A DNA stretch of 64,000 nucleotides from the NCBI GenBank assembly GCA_008632985.1, contig QPGO01000027.1, positions 248,001 through 312,000 of the forward strand. Direction: 5' to 3'. A model generated the notes under the pieces. The model was not told the origin of the DNA. It was given only the letters and a program-made list of their open reading frames with translations, and made no database searches. A program made the position numbers and the translations under genes. This document shows positions 37,501 to 49,515 of this stretch, in pieces (position 1 is the stretch's first letter; each line of letters starts with the position of its first letter). The DNA comes from Psammoneis japonica. Taxonomy: Eukaryota.

Positions 37501-39300
37501 ACAGAAGACAGACGCACTTTTTCACCTTCTTCTGAGTGTCCAATTTTTCAGCATGTGTTGCCCCTGTCATGTTGATTCCTTTTTGGGTTGTGGCACAGTC
37601 TGGGACCACCACTTTGTTGTGATTTTCAACAGATCCCTTGTCTCTTTGGCTGTGCCCACAGATGCACACTGAGATGGTCAAACACTGCTCTTGGACAGAG
37701 CTGTGTGCTGTCATCCTCAGTGCACACCACAGAAGCTCCTCAGTGCAATGCAGATGCTCTCAACTGGGTCCTGTTTGTCTTGAAAATTGTGCAACACACA
37801 TCAATCAGATGATTTTGAGCAGGCTGGCGCAGCACCAAAAGCTGCAACCACATCATCTTGCAGCACACTTGTTCTTTGCATCAATCTCATGTTGCACAAC
37901 ATGGCTGCACTGTTTCCAGACAATGATGCGCACTTTGCTCATGTTTTGTCAATGCAATTTCTTCATCTTGACACCACCCTTGAGCTCCTTGCACCCCAAC
38001 TTTCCTTCCTTGTCAGATTTGTCCATTTCTCTGCTTTCATCTTTCTCAGAAAGTCTTTGGCTTGTCAGGAGTCAAAGTCATGTTTGTCAGCTGCTCAATT
38101 GCCTCTTTCATGCAGCCACTGTTGCCAAGCATTTTCACAACAAAGTTGGCAATTTTCTCCTGTGCTGGTTGCTTCTTGCTTCCTGTCCCATCATGTGCAT
38201 CATGGCCACACTCTGTGAATTTTGGCAGTGTCTTGAACACCAGCCCATTCTTGGAGCTTCTTGTGCATTTTTTGCTCAGATTTTTGGGTGGCTTCATTGC
38301 TGCAGATTTTTTGCTGGTTGCAAAATTGCAGAACACCCCACAGAAGCAACCACGCACCCATGCAGCCTGTGCTGTTGGGTCAATTTTCACCCCCCCCCCN
38401 CCCCCCGGCAGTTTTGCTGCTGTGCCTTGTCCTTGGCTTTCCCAGTGTTTTTGCTGATGCCACCACCAACACGGCCCCCCACATTGTTCACATCCTTCTT
38501 TTTGTTCTCATTCTTGCACTCTCTTTCTTGGCCTGCCTGGCTCTCATTGCTTTTGCTCCTGTTTGCTGAGATTCTCCCTCTTTTTTTGATCTCATGGACT
38601 CTCTTGTCTCATCCAATGAGCCAGCTGGTGCGTGTGCATGATGTCAGAAGAGACAAGTTGGAAAATGCACAAAAAACTGTTTTTGTTCAATGTGAAGCAA
38701 GCTGGGTTTTCAATGTCAAAAGATGAAATGGTGCACTCAGCTGACGGAGGGCAGCGGAGGAGCATTTGTGGGTGATGGGGGGTGGGGCACAGCTCAGCGC
38801 CTGCCATCATGAAACTCCATGCCTTGCCACAGGTGAGCCTTGTGGGAGACAGCCTTGTGGGAGACATGAAAGTTTTGAAGCAAGAAAGCACAAGTCAAAT
38901 GGGCTGGCAACCAAAGCCCAACACAACATGGCTGTGTCAGCTGTGCACAAGTGGGAGGCTTCTGCAAACTCCCTTTTTGCTTCTTGCAAGCAACGCTGTC
39001 ACACAATGTGCTGCAAGACAGAGAGAGGCATTCAAAAGATGGGCTGATTGATTGATGCCCCCATTTTTCAAGGGCTCCAAAACAAAACAAAAAATGGGTG
39101 TGAAATGCTCAGCTTTGTCCGTGCAAGCCCCCAGCTTTTTTGTGCACTCTGCTGTGCCTCCTGTGGTGTGGCACACACCACCACTCTGCCCTTCTCTTTC
39201 TTTCACACTCTGGTGGTGTGGCCTCAAGCCAGCGTGTTTTCGAAAATTCTAGGACAGCAGTCTACCCTCTCTGTCTTCTTGTGCTGTCCCATCACTTCAC
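31600..39300. mobile_element. Highly degenerate repeat-derived tract; includes a possible Ty1/copia (CoDi-type) gag remnant on the minus strand near 37.5-38.5 kb
   Basis: Near-total TpA and strong CpG loss; minus-strand peptide RIIVWKQCSHVVQHEIDAK resembles the diatom copia gag IWGQC motif; boundaries set from composition only. Confidence 0.55.
33003..33517. repeat. Imperfect direct repeat of about 240 bp (about 33003-33243 and 33288-33517)
   Basis: TGGCCCAG.TCTCATTTTCTCATTGCTGTCAA ... CCTTCAGGCTCATGACCTTTTCA ... CTGCAACAGCTCAGGTTGTTGACTGG occurs twice. Confidence 0.9.
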
Positions 39301-39608
39301 TCTCTCTTTTGTGAACAGTGACATTTTATTTGTGTCGATGTGTCAGGCAGGCCCCACACCTTGCATGTTCGATCGATCGATCGAGACCTGTCTTCCTAGC
39401 GTCCGTCCGCGATCCGACTGGTGACGACTCCTCTCCGCTCTCTCTCATTTTTTCCAATCTCGCATCTCGCTCGTGACGATCGATGATTGATGATGAGCGG
39501 CTGCGATAATGAAAGAGATGGGCGAAGAAAACTGATGCGCTGCCTTGTCATTGGTGCTTTGGATGCCACTGCTCTCTCTCTTACTACCTCCAACTTGTTC
39601 AGCATGCG

Positions 39609-40689
39609 TTGGTGGATTTCAGTGTTAAAAAGAAGGAACAGTGGAAGCAGAAGCAGAGAATGTCGCCACCTAAGAAGAATGCATCAATGTCATTCAATGA
39701 CGTCGTATGCCCAGACCCTCCAGAAGAAAGGCCTTGCAATCTACGGTATAATTTGGCGGAATGGGCATGTTTATCGGAAGAGAGTTTTACAGAAATGAAG
39801 AATTTTTTGCCAGAGAGTGACATTGCGATTGCCATTGTGGACTTGGCGCATCATCAACGGGGACACTGTGATTACGGGTTGTAATATGAATACACCTGGG
39901 CGGGGGACGCCTTGGGCATTACTCACGAAGACCACGCCATTGTCGAAAGTGCCAGTCCCGGGTTTGGTTCCGCCATCATTTCCGTATTGGATCTTGTCAG
40001 TGTCGTCGACGAGGGATCTCCCTCTTTCGGATACGTTGGATTGGAACGATGGAACCAAAACCATCCTGGAGACGGAGCATTTTCGTATTATCATGACCTA
40101 TGGGCCACGGCCAAACACGACTTCAAGCGGGGAGGAAGTATTTGTAAATTATGATAAAGTTGGTTTGGAACACGACAAGGGAGCATGGGAGCTTTTCTTC
40201 TCAAGGGAGATTATCGAAAGGCCGACTTGTATTTACGGCGCTAAAGCAGAAATGCAATGACACCATACCCCGCGTCTTGGAGGGACTATGGAAAATCCTT
40301 TTACTCGACAAGCCAACCGCGGAATCCAACATTTTGAATGAGTTACCAAACAACCACAACGATTTGTGGCTTGCCATGTAATGGCACAGAAGACGATGCG
40401 AAGATACTCTACAAAGGAAGACATTATTAGTAGATTGCGGTATCAATATCCTGTTGGCTGTGATCGTATCAATCCTCCCTCATACGGAGCGACTTGGAGC
40501 ACGAGCCAAGGGGTTGCGACAAGTGAGATAGCACTTTTGGTACGTAGATACAATTACAGGGACGAAAGGATGCCAGAAAGATTCAACACTAATATTTTTT
40601 ATTTTTTTCGTATCAAGGCGGCTCCTCACGTGCCTCGGAAGGTATATCAAGAAAGAATGACAAGGTCCTGGCTCCTCTGTGACATGTAA
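39609..40689 (+). pseudogene. Fragmented coding sequence of unknown function
   Basis: Consecutive overlapping ORFs 39609-39884, 39817-40260, 40366-40689 with protein-like composition. Confidence 0.3.
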
Positions 40690-40805
40690 CGTGCATTGCC
40701 CATCAAGCCCACCATACCGCCAATATAGCAGCACCCCTGTCTCATCGTACTGAATAGGAACTGGTGTATAGTGGGAGGGACATTTCCTACTAGGACACTC
40801 AGTCC

Positions 40806-41515
40806 TTACAAATCAGGGAATTCGTCCTTGATGTACGAGCGCACGAGCTTGTCCACGATGGCTTCATAAGGGCTGCGTAAGAAGGACGACTCTTCGGGCG
40901 TGTTCTCCTTGACCACAACGCGGAAATGCTCAGACTTGATCAACTGTTCCGCCGTGAAAGTGGCGACACTCTCATCAGCCGGAATGTCCAACTTGGCCAT
41001 CATGTTGAGCACGAAGGAGGCGCAGTTATTGGTCCATAAGTCGTAGTCTTCACCGTTCCCTCCCCAGAACGGGTGGGTTTGGCCTCATGAAGGGCAGAGG
41101 CAATCTTGGAGAGCTCCCTGGTAGCCAGAATGAGACGGGGCTGCACAAAAGCCAGGTCGTTCATGACGCGAACCATCTTCACACCCGCGTCGTCGTGGAA
41201 TTCAAAGTCAAAGCTGAGAACAGGGCAGTCCATCTCCTCGTCCTTCTTCATGGGCTCTGCCATGAGGAAGATGTGACTGTTGACGAACAAGGAGATCTCA
41301 TAGAGTTCGGACGCGCACTCACCATCCGCCATCATAGCCGTCGACTCTTCGAGAGAAAGAAGACGGCGATCTTCGCAATCTTCTGGTGGATCGTCTACCA
41401 CATCACACCTTAGATCAGGGTCCTCATTTTGATTCGTTCCTCCCTCAACGGAAGAAGGGAGGATGGCAAGGGTGACAAGCCCAGTGAGGATGGCAAATGC
41501 AGAAGCAAACTTCAT
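40806..41515 (-). CDS. Secreted permuted papain-like (NlpC/P60, PPPDE/LRAT-like) protein, frameshift near 41060
   Basis: Signal peptide, RRL site, NSHIFL (His), then in the shifted frame DYDLWTNNCASFVLNMM (Y.L..NNC..F motif) continuing into the 40806..41012 ORF. Confidence 0.6.
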
Positions 41516-42733
41516 GATTGCGTAATGTATGGCAGAGGAGAGAGCTTTTCAGAACGGCAAGATTTGATTTATGTGCCAAAACCAAGAGGAAGGACCTTCA
41601 CTCAGAACTTGGCCACCGGAATAAAAACCCAACTGAAGGTTCGGATTTTGGTCACCTGACATAATGATGACCGACTCGTCCAATAGCAAGCTGGTGTTTG
41701 CTTCTGACGCACGCGATGGAGCGACACGAGAGGCCATCGCGGTCATGTGAAGAATCCTGTAAGTAGTAATATCGTTAAATGGATCCCTCTCCGTGCAGTG
41801 TTGTTAAGAAAAAAGCGCCTACGTACTGGGACGTTCACGGAAAAGACCAGTGGCGAGGACAGAGTAGGACCAGCCAAAAGCTGCAAGCAGGATTTGCGAT
41901 GCAAAAAGAAGTGACGAGAGTCAGTATACGTGACATAATCATGACCGTCTCATTAAATATAGCAAGTTAGGATCGCTGGTGACGCAGTTGATTGAGTGTC
42001 CCGCCCAAGATACAATGTCTCGGTGTCAGCCACGAATCCTGCCCAAGCAGTGTTGTCGAATGGAAAAAGGGTCTGATGTCACGCTCATGCTGAAAAAAGT
42101 CTAGAATGATGTCACGTCGATAAATGGATCCCTCGCTGTGCAGTATACTAGTAGTTTTAAAAAAGGAAAAGGGTCTCTATGCAGGCATTGTGATGCTCAC
42201 TGGGAATAGATATTATGTGTTATGTGGCGAGGAGAGAGCCAAAAAAGCTGCAGGATTTGTGGTCATGAGAAGGGCAATACCGCGTGCGAGAGTGTGTAAT
42301 GTCTCGGGACATGCACAATAAATGTTGAAAGCGTGTGTGAAATGTCTTCGGTAGAATATGTACTTGAAGTCACATCAGTACATTTCTACGGAGACATCCT
42401 TTTCAACAGCATAAAGACTGCATAGACATAAATGACTGCATGGACAAGGAATGAGTAACATTATGTACCAGGGTGTACGTAGGCCCCCACTATTTCTGAA
42501 ATTATGTTCGTCGGCAGGAAAGATTCTGTTTGAGGTTATGGGCGCTGCGGCGCGCCGAATACCATATGATACATACCGGTAGTAAATCACTAATCCACCG
42601 TACGCACGTCGTCGGGCAAGATTACTACGGGTAACTGTTACTGTTACTGGCCGATGGCCGATGGTTTGACAATGGCGTATGTATGCGTCGGATGCTGCAG
42701 TAATTAATTCAACAAACATAGACTAGACGAAAT

Positions 42734-43660
42734 ATGTACAAAGAGCATGGGTGGAATAGGCGATTCACTCCAAGAAAGTGTCGTGGGTTACGACTCCCCT
42801 ATGTTTTGTTGGTTGTCACGCTCACATCCTCTGCTGGATTTTCCACAGTTTCCTATGGAGATGCTGCAGCTTACAGATCGCACCGATCAAGGACAGTTGT
42901 TTTTAATATGGTTTCAGTAGCGTCCAATAACGAAAAGGACGATGTTGATAACGACGATGACGAAGAAGACGATACAGAATGGCTCAACGCGGAACTCGTA
43001 GACGATGCTGAATTTTATGAAAGCGGAGATCAAGAAGAGGATTGGTTGCCGGATCGTGAGATTGCCAAGCAACGGAAAACAGCCAACCAAGCTTATTATC
43101 AATCAGCGGCTGCTACTAGACCAGCACGCGTTTCAGATGGCAATCGTGCCGTGTCCCCAGAAGACGATAGAAAAAATGAATCAGCTCATTCTGTACCAAA
43201 ACAGGGCCACGTTTACACACCAGAGGAGGAAGAATTGATTAGTGCCATGGGTGGCAAGTTCAAAGACGGACCTACGAAACGCCAACCGGGATATTTGGGG
43301 GATTGTACCTTGCAAGAAATTGCAACCGACTATTCTGTGCCCGTGTGCTATCTTGCCGACGTGTTGACCATGTGGGGTGTTCCAGTGCCAATCAATGTGA
43401 AGGATCGATTGGGAGACTTGGTGACTGGAGAACAAGCGTTTGCAATTTTGGAAGCCATTCATAGTTTGGATATCGCCGCCTTGCACGATCGTTATTCTGA
43501 CATGAATTTGAGTGCTGTGTGCGATTGGTATGATATCGATTTGAAGGAGGCCTTCGAAATGTGTGTCAAGGAAGGATGGAGTTTGCCTTTTGGGGTGCAG
43601 ACGTGTTTGCGTGTCGAGCAAGAAGAAGAGCTTGTACGCACCCTTGCGAGCGTTGTGTGA
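42734..43660 (+). CDS. Probable plastid-targeted protein with IF2_N-like small repeated domains
   Basis: Hydrophobic stretch followed by SAGF (bipartite-targeting-like); TLQEIATDYSVPVCYL..WGV and LSAVCDWYDIDL..QTCLRVE resemble cyanobacterial IF-2 N-terminal-domain proteins. Confidence 0.65.
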   Translation: MYKEHGWNRRFTPRKCRGLRLPYVLLVVTLTSSAGFSTVSYGDAAAYRSHRSRTVVFNMVSVASNNEKDDVDNDDDEEDDTEWLNAELVDDAEFYESGDQEEDWLPDREIAKQRKTANQAYYQSAAATRPARVSDGNRAVSPEDDRKNESAHSVPKQGHVYTPEEEELISAMGGKFKDGPTKRQPGYLGDCTLQEIATDYSVPVCYLADVLTMWGVPVPINVKDRLGDLVTGEQAFAILEAIHSLDIAALHDRYSDMNLSAVCDWYDIDLKEAFEMCVKEGWSLPFGVQTCLRVEQEEELVRTLASVV

Positions 43661-44151
43661 AAACAAGTTAGAGTGAAAACTAGATGCACCTCTGGAAGCA
43701 AGGTAGACACAAAATATTCTGAATACTAGGGCTGTTTGTTCTCAAGCTCTGTCAACGTTTTCACCGACGGATAACGCATAGGGACGTTTTTGGTCGCCTG
43801 CTAGCGCTTTAGAATTTTTTGGGATATGGCGCTTCCCCAAGCCAGCACCAGATGAAACGAAAATAGGCTAGACATACTTCATATTTCATTTCTGCCAAGG
43901 TAAAACTGGTGTTGAGTTTTTTGGTCAGGGAAACTACTTGTGATACCGTGTTCCATCGCGCGGCTTATTACTCTAGGGCCCTACTTGTACTGGCAAGTGC
44001 GTGGCCAGAAAGATCGCGTGTCAGCGGTCAGCGCATCGCATCTCGGCATATCTTTCCTGCGTTGGGTTGCGAACTGCGAACACTACTGTACTTGACATGC
44101 ACTAAGTAGTTGTCGTTGTTACCACACACTGTAGCGTGTTTTGTTTACAAT

Positions 44152-46281
44152 ATGGAGACGCGTCCGCCAACACTTCTGGAGGAAGTGGAGGAGGCTCTGG
44201 CTCAGTCACTCCTCGTGTTTATGGTTGCTGATCTTCGGTTAATGTCGGCGACTGGAAGGGTGGAGACAAAGTACGAAACAATCGCTGTTGCTAGCGACCC
44301 TCCCACCCGGTCCACCGCTGCCGAACTGGCGGGACTTCTTGACGCTGGGAGTTTGCTTGACGAAGATCGCGGTATAGAACGAGAACCGCCAAAGGAGAGG
44401 ACAAAAGCATGTTGGAAAGACAACAAGATGGCTTGTCTCCGGCGCAAATCATGGCGGTGTTGCTGATTGAGTTGTACAAATCTACTGCACAGCATCAAAC
44501 GCAGAGAGCCGGAGGTAACGAAAGCGAGATAAAGAACGACAACTTTTTTGATTGGAAGCATGATGGAAAGCGCAAGAGCCGAGCTAAGGACGATGATATG
44601 CACTCTCTTCTTCGTGCTTATGCAGACATGATTGGAGAAGACGTAAAGGTAGACGTTCCACACATTGAAAAACGCAAGTCTCTGATGAATCTGAATGTAT
44701 CCGATCAGGGAGTCCATCAGACTGCGCTGGCTGCGGTGCAAGAGGGAGACGAAGAAAACGAGTCAGAGGAGGGCAAGGAACAGGATGCGTTTGACGAGGC
44801 TGTTGGACAAATAGGCAGGGCTGCCGCAGGTGCCAGGGTGAGAGTCGATGAACCAAGACGACGTGTTAGAAGGATGCGAGACTCAGTTATGAGAACTGCA
44901 GAAGAACGTCAAAAGGAGGAATTTAAGGAAGTCACCGATGCCGTATTCCAGATGGGCGTCACAAATCGCAACCTCAGTGATTCGATTAATTTAGAATCCT
45001 CCGGCAATGCTGTTGCGTCCGACAGGAGCTTCTTTACCAAAGAAGAGCTTTTGGAGTTTATGGAAAAAGCTGTTGCGACAAGGATACCCGGTAAGCTCGA
45101 TTTTCTTGCTGGTTTCTTCAAAGAAGGATCTGTGTCGAAGCTAATGGCCCAAAGTAAAGGGCGATTAGTTTGGATGAATGATTGGTATCCTCTCAAGGTG
45201 AGGCTCATGATGAGATTTGGCAGTGATATCTGTATTTGTAACTGAATCATTTCTCACTCTTCAATTCTTCTTTCACGGCAGGATCTGACCTACTCCATTG
45301 CGGTTGATACCGATAAAAGACGAGTTCTGGTTGTGTTTCGAGGCGCTATCACAAAGCAAGATTGGTCGAAAGGTATCGAGTCTAGAAACTTTCGTGAAGT
45401 CCCAAACCCCGTCGAAGAAGATTACGAGGGTAAAACAGAAACGATCAACGTATCGAGGGGTTTCTATGAGTACCTTGGTCGCGTCAGGAAGGACACGGGC
45501 TCGGTGAAGTACGACGAAATTGCCAACCTAGCGCACAAGTTCGGAACAGAACGAATCGGTGATGACTATATTCTAGTAGTGAATGGACATTCCCTTGGAG
45601 GGGCGTTAAGCACCACTTTCTCTTTTTTTGCGTCGACAGATGAGCGCTTTACAAAGAATGGGCCTGTGAAGTGTTTCAATTTCGGGGCCCCTTATGTGGG
45701 AGGAAAGGATTTTATGAAAGCTTTTCATCATCAAGAACAGAAGAAAAAGCTGATCTATGCTCGTTTGTTCAATCACAACGATATTGGTACGCTGTGTTCA
45801 TGGTATTCAGCAAGACATGTTTCTATGGTTTCTAACTTTGCGTATTTCGTGTCTCGCATGTTGTGTAGTTGCCCACCTTCCTCCCAACATGCAAGTCACC
45901 AAAGACGGAGGGAAGTTCCGCCACGTAGGTATTAGTGTGCGGCTCCCGAGTGTTCCATGGGGAATACTAGCCCGTTTTCGAAAGTGGAAACCAGATGTGT
46001 TTTACATTAAGGAAGAGGGTTTTGCTCGCTCTTATTGGCGCGCGATTCGTGACAATTTCATTCTGAAGTTTCCGATACCGCCTTGGAGGTTTGCTCGGAT
46101 GCACAAGCTGGAAGAGTTACAAAGCCGGTTAATGTATGGAAGCAAGATTGGAGGCGGCAACCAGTTCGATTTGTTGCTCAAGCCAGTCGAAGAGCTTTAC
46201 GATAAGATGGTCGGAACTGACTACGGAGTAAAAGGCGAACATTTTAAGGATGTCGCATCCATGTCCATCTCCCGAAAATAG
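44152..46281 (+). CDS. Class-3 lipase with long N-terminal extension; introns 45198-45281 and 45787-45868; apparent frameshift near 44380
   Basis: VLVVFRG, NGHSLGGA, FGAPYVG, NHNDIVAHLP, FRHVG. Confidence 0.85.
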
Positions 46282-46938
46282 TGAACCCATAATGCAGAAA
46301 TGCTATTCGTTTTTTAAAACCCACTGTTGTTACGTACCATCACTACACTAATTATATTCTGAATGGTACTGCTTCCGGAGTGCCGAGTATTCAGAGTGAG
46401 CAATTGTACTACCGTCGACTCTTAGCTACTCTACCAGCTAGAGAGTAGGCCTCTACTAGAGCTAGCTTCTAGAGTACAGAGTAGCTACTCTCTACTCTAG
46501 ACTCTAGAGCCCTCTACTCTAGTAGAGCTACTCTCCACTCTACTCTACTACTAGTTAGAGTTGAGGGAGGGTCACACTTTCCAGCTTTGTACCGGTAGCC
46601 CTACTCTCTACAGTACTACAGTAGTAGCTAGCTAGAGTAGAGCAGACTGTTCTACAGCACAGCACAGCGCAGTCACTTGAGCGGGGTATCTATAGGCACC
46701 AGAGGGGGGGTGATATTTTGAGATAGTGACGTGTGCTTAGTTGAAGGGGGCGGTGCACTTCAAGTGCACTGGCATAGTTTCCGGTGCACTGCGGTGCACT
46801 GATAAGTAATTTTTGACTTTCTTTCGTCCCTAAGTAGCTTTGTCCAAAGGGTCATTCGAAAACTCGAGGGGCGCGCCAAAAGAAAATCATCAAAAACTCG
46901 CATTTCTCGTTCGCGAGAGAGAAAACACACACTCGACG

Positions 46939-49047
46939 ATGACATCTTACGTTATTTTGAAGGGCGGCGGATTCAAAATAACGCAGCAAACCCGCTCTCT
47001 TGGTGAGTCGAGCTTGAATAAGACACTGAAGAAGTACAAGCTTGACACAACGTCACCAAAACTTGCAATTACAGGAAAGAACAAAAAGACCGGCGAAGTA
47101 GGCACTGACGCTGTTGCGACTAGTTCTATTGCACGGTATGAACCCATATGGAGGCTTTTTCGTGACTTCTGCTACCTGATTGATGATTCTGAAAGTGCCA
47201 TGCTGCCGGCACGTGACTTGTGTCCATCAGATCCTTTTCCTTCGAATTTGGATACAGCAATCCAGTTTACTCAGTTCAGGACAAAACAGAAAGGCGAACC
47301 ACTACTTCACAACCGCACGAACGCTCCTGTAAAGGACCGGTATGGAAACCCTATCACCTGCATTGGTGATTGGAAAGGTCATTCTTCCATTGGGCTCTTC
47401 CGCACTGCCATGAGCAAGCTTCACAAGCACTACGAAACGACCAATGGCGAATACCGAGAAATGTGCACTGCTTGTCATGAGATTGGCGAGGAGGAAGCCC
47501 GAAAGGGCACTGGATGCCGCAAACACCCTGGTGATCCCCATTTCTGGCGTCGTGGAAATACCACCAAACATGAAGATTTCAAGGCTGCAATTGACCAATG
47601 GCAAGACTACGCATCAAACTACTACGAAGCTAGAAGTGCTTTTGCATTCTTGCCGGGCGAGGTGCGGGCTATTCGAGACTACTGTTTGTCACATAATGAC
47701 AAGTATCATCTAATGCTTTGGACTATCATTATTGTTGGTACAAAGTTATTTCTACGCTGTGAAGAAGTTTTGGAGATGACGGTTGAAAAGTTTGTCACCG
47801 AGTACTTCCAAGTGTCGGAAAATGCCGTCAAGGGTCTCTGCACCAAAATCCGTGGCAAGCGTGACGAGAAGGATCTTCATTTCATGATTTGGGACGATGA
47901 AGAATGTCCTGAATTCTCAGGAACTATTGCTATTCTCCTTTGGATGCATTATTCCGGCATCAAGTCGGGCAAGTTGTTTCCCACTAGAGACGAGTTGGAG
48001 CTCAACAAGGAACATCACGACGAAAATTTTCCATACGACTCGCTCCTGGATTTTTTCAAGTTTGCTTGCGAAACCATTCTGGGAAGAGACATTGATAAGA
48101 TGTCAACTGAAATCATTGGAACACACATTCTTCGAAGGACTGGCTTTGCGTTTGCTGAATGGGGCTCTACGCATGACGGAGGGCGGCTGGGTGAGATGGC
48201 CGAAGCGAACATATTGCTGAGCGCTCGTCACAAGAATATATCAAGTACCGCGACTTACCTTTCTGACAGTGGTACACTGAAGGCTCTAGTTGATAGGGAA
48301 AAGGACAAGGATGCTCACCGTGTTGGTAAATGGGAGCCCATCCATATGAAGCATCTTTCTTCATTTGCATCCGTCATGGTAGACTCTGCCAGGTACCGCA
48401 AGCCTCTGCCAGAACTTGCTGATTAGTACGTGACGGAACTGCTTGGTGTGCAGCAGAGCAACTTATTGACTGTCAAGCAGCTGTTCACAAAAGCTACATC
48501 ATACACCCCGGACTTGTCTGATGAAGAAGAAATGAAGCAGTTCTTGATTCGTGAGCTTGGATCTAGCAAGGCAGAGGTGGTGATGCGAATGCACGACAAG
48601 TCGGCTGCAGAAAGAGTGCGTGCTGCACAGTCTACAACTTTTGAAGTACTCACCAATACCAACAGTGCAAGGGAGAAGCGAGCTGCTACTGACCCAGCTC
48701 AAGATGAAAGGAACACCAAAAAAACCAAGTCCACAGGTGACACCGTCGTACAGTTTGATCGTGACTACCAATCTGAATTTAAATCCACCAAGGACGCTGC
48801 TACCAAGGTTCAGGTATTTGTGGATGCATGCCAGGACGTGAAAGATCAGGTGCGCGCCGGTAAGTCCTTGGAAGATCCTATCAAAAGCTTTGCATATCGA
48901 GCTGCTAGGGTCGTACAGTGCCTTGACGACTGCTACGACGGCAAGGTTGATTGTTTTTTGCAAGAGAATTCTGGGCCCCTGTCAAAGTTCAGGACGTGCA
49001 ACAAGGGTGTCAATCACAAGCCTACATTCGATATGGCAAAACTGTAA
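46939..49047 (+). mobile_element. Tyrosine recombinase (Crypton-like), interrupted by one in-frame TAG at 48424-48426
   Basis: Catalytic set in canonical order: LFLR (R), GKRD (K), THILRR (HxxR), ARH (H), TATY (Y); ORF 48430..49047 is in the same frame, giving about 700 aa on read-through. Confidence 0.85.
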
Positions 49048-49515
49048 GAGGACAGGACTTACCAATACATAGAAATACATAGCGTTGTTCATCATTGTCT
49101 ACAGTGGTATCGCGCCGTGCTTCACTCGTTCGCGTTTCGACGAGCGACTCTCAATTCTGGTGAGCGGCAGTGCCTCCGTTGCTTTTCTACGACTACAAGT
49201 ACGACCAGGTACGATCAATGCCACGACTACCCACGACCACGCGTGACGTGTACTTCGGTCTATAGTATGCTCTGTAGGCGCCAGTACTGATTCTACGTGA
49301 GTGCACAGTGCACAGCACATCTGTGCTGTATCTCTCCTTGAGCTCTTCTGAATTCGGGGTCATCATTGACATTTTCAAGACCTTTTATGGGGGTCATTCT
49401 CACAAATTGATGGGACGAAGTAAGAAAACACTTATTGAAATCTTCCGAATTCTCGTTCTTCCCACAACATTTATTGAAACGAAACACACACTCTCTACTA
49501 TTCTGGTTAGGATTA

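Noticed and set aside
31600..39300. Dozens of Cys/His-rich ORFs on all frames (also 53-64 kb)
   Set aside because: Expected artefact of TpA loss, which removes TAA/TAG stops and enriches TG/CA codons
41770..42310. Diverged duplicated motif TAAATGGATCCCTC...GCAGGATTTG
   Set aside because: Similarity is patchy; no boundaries or function could be inferred
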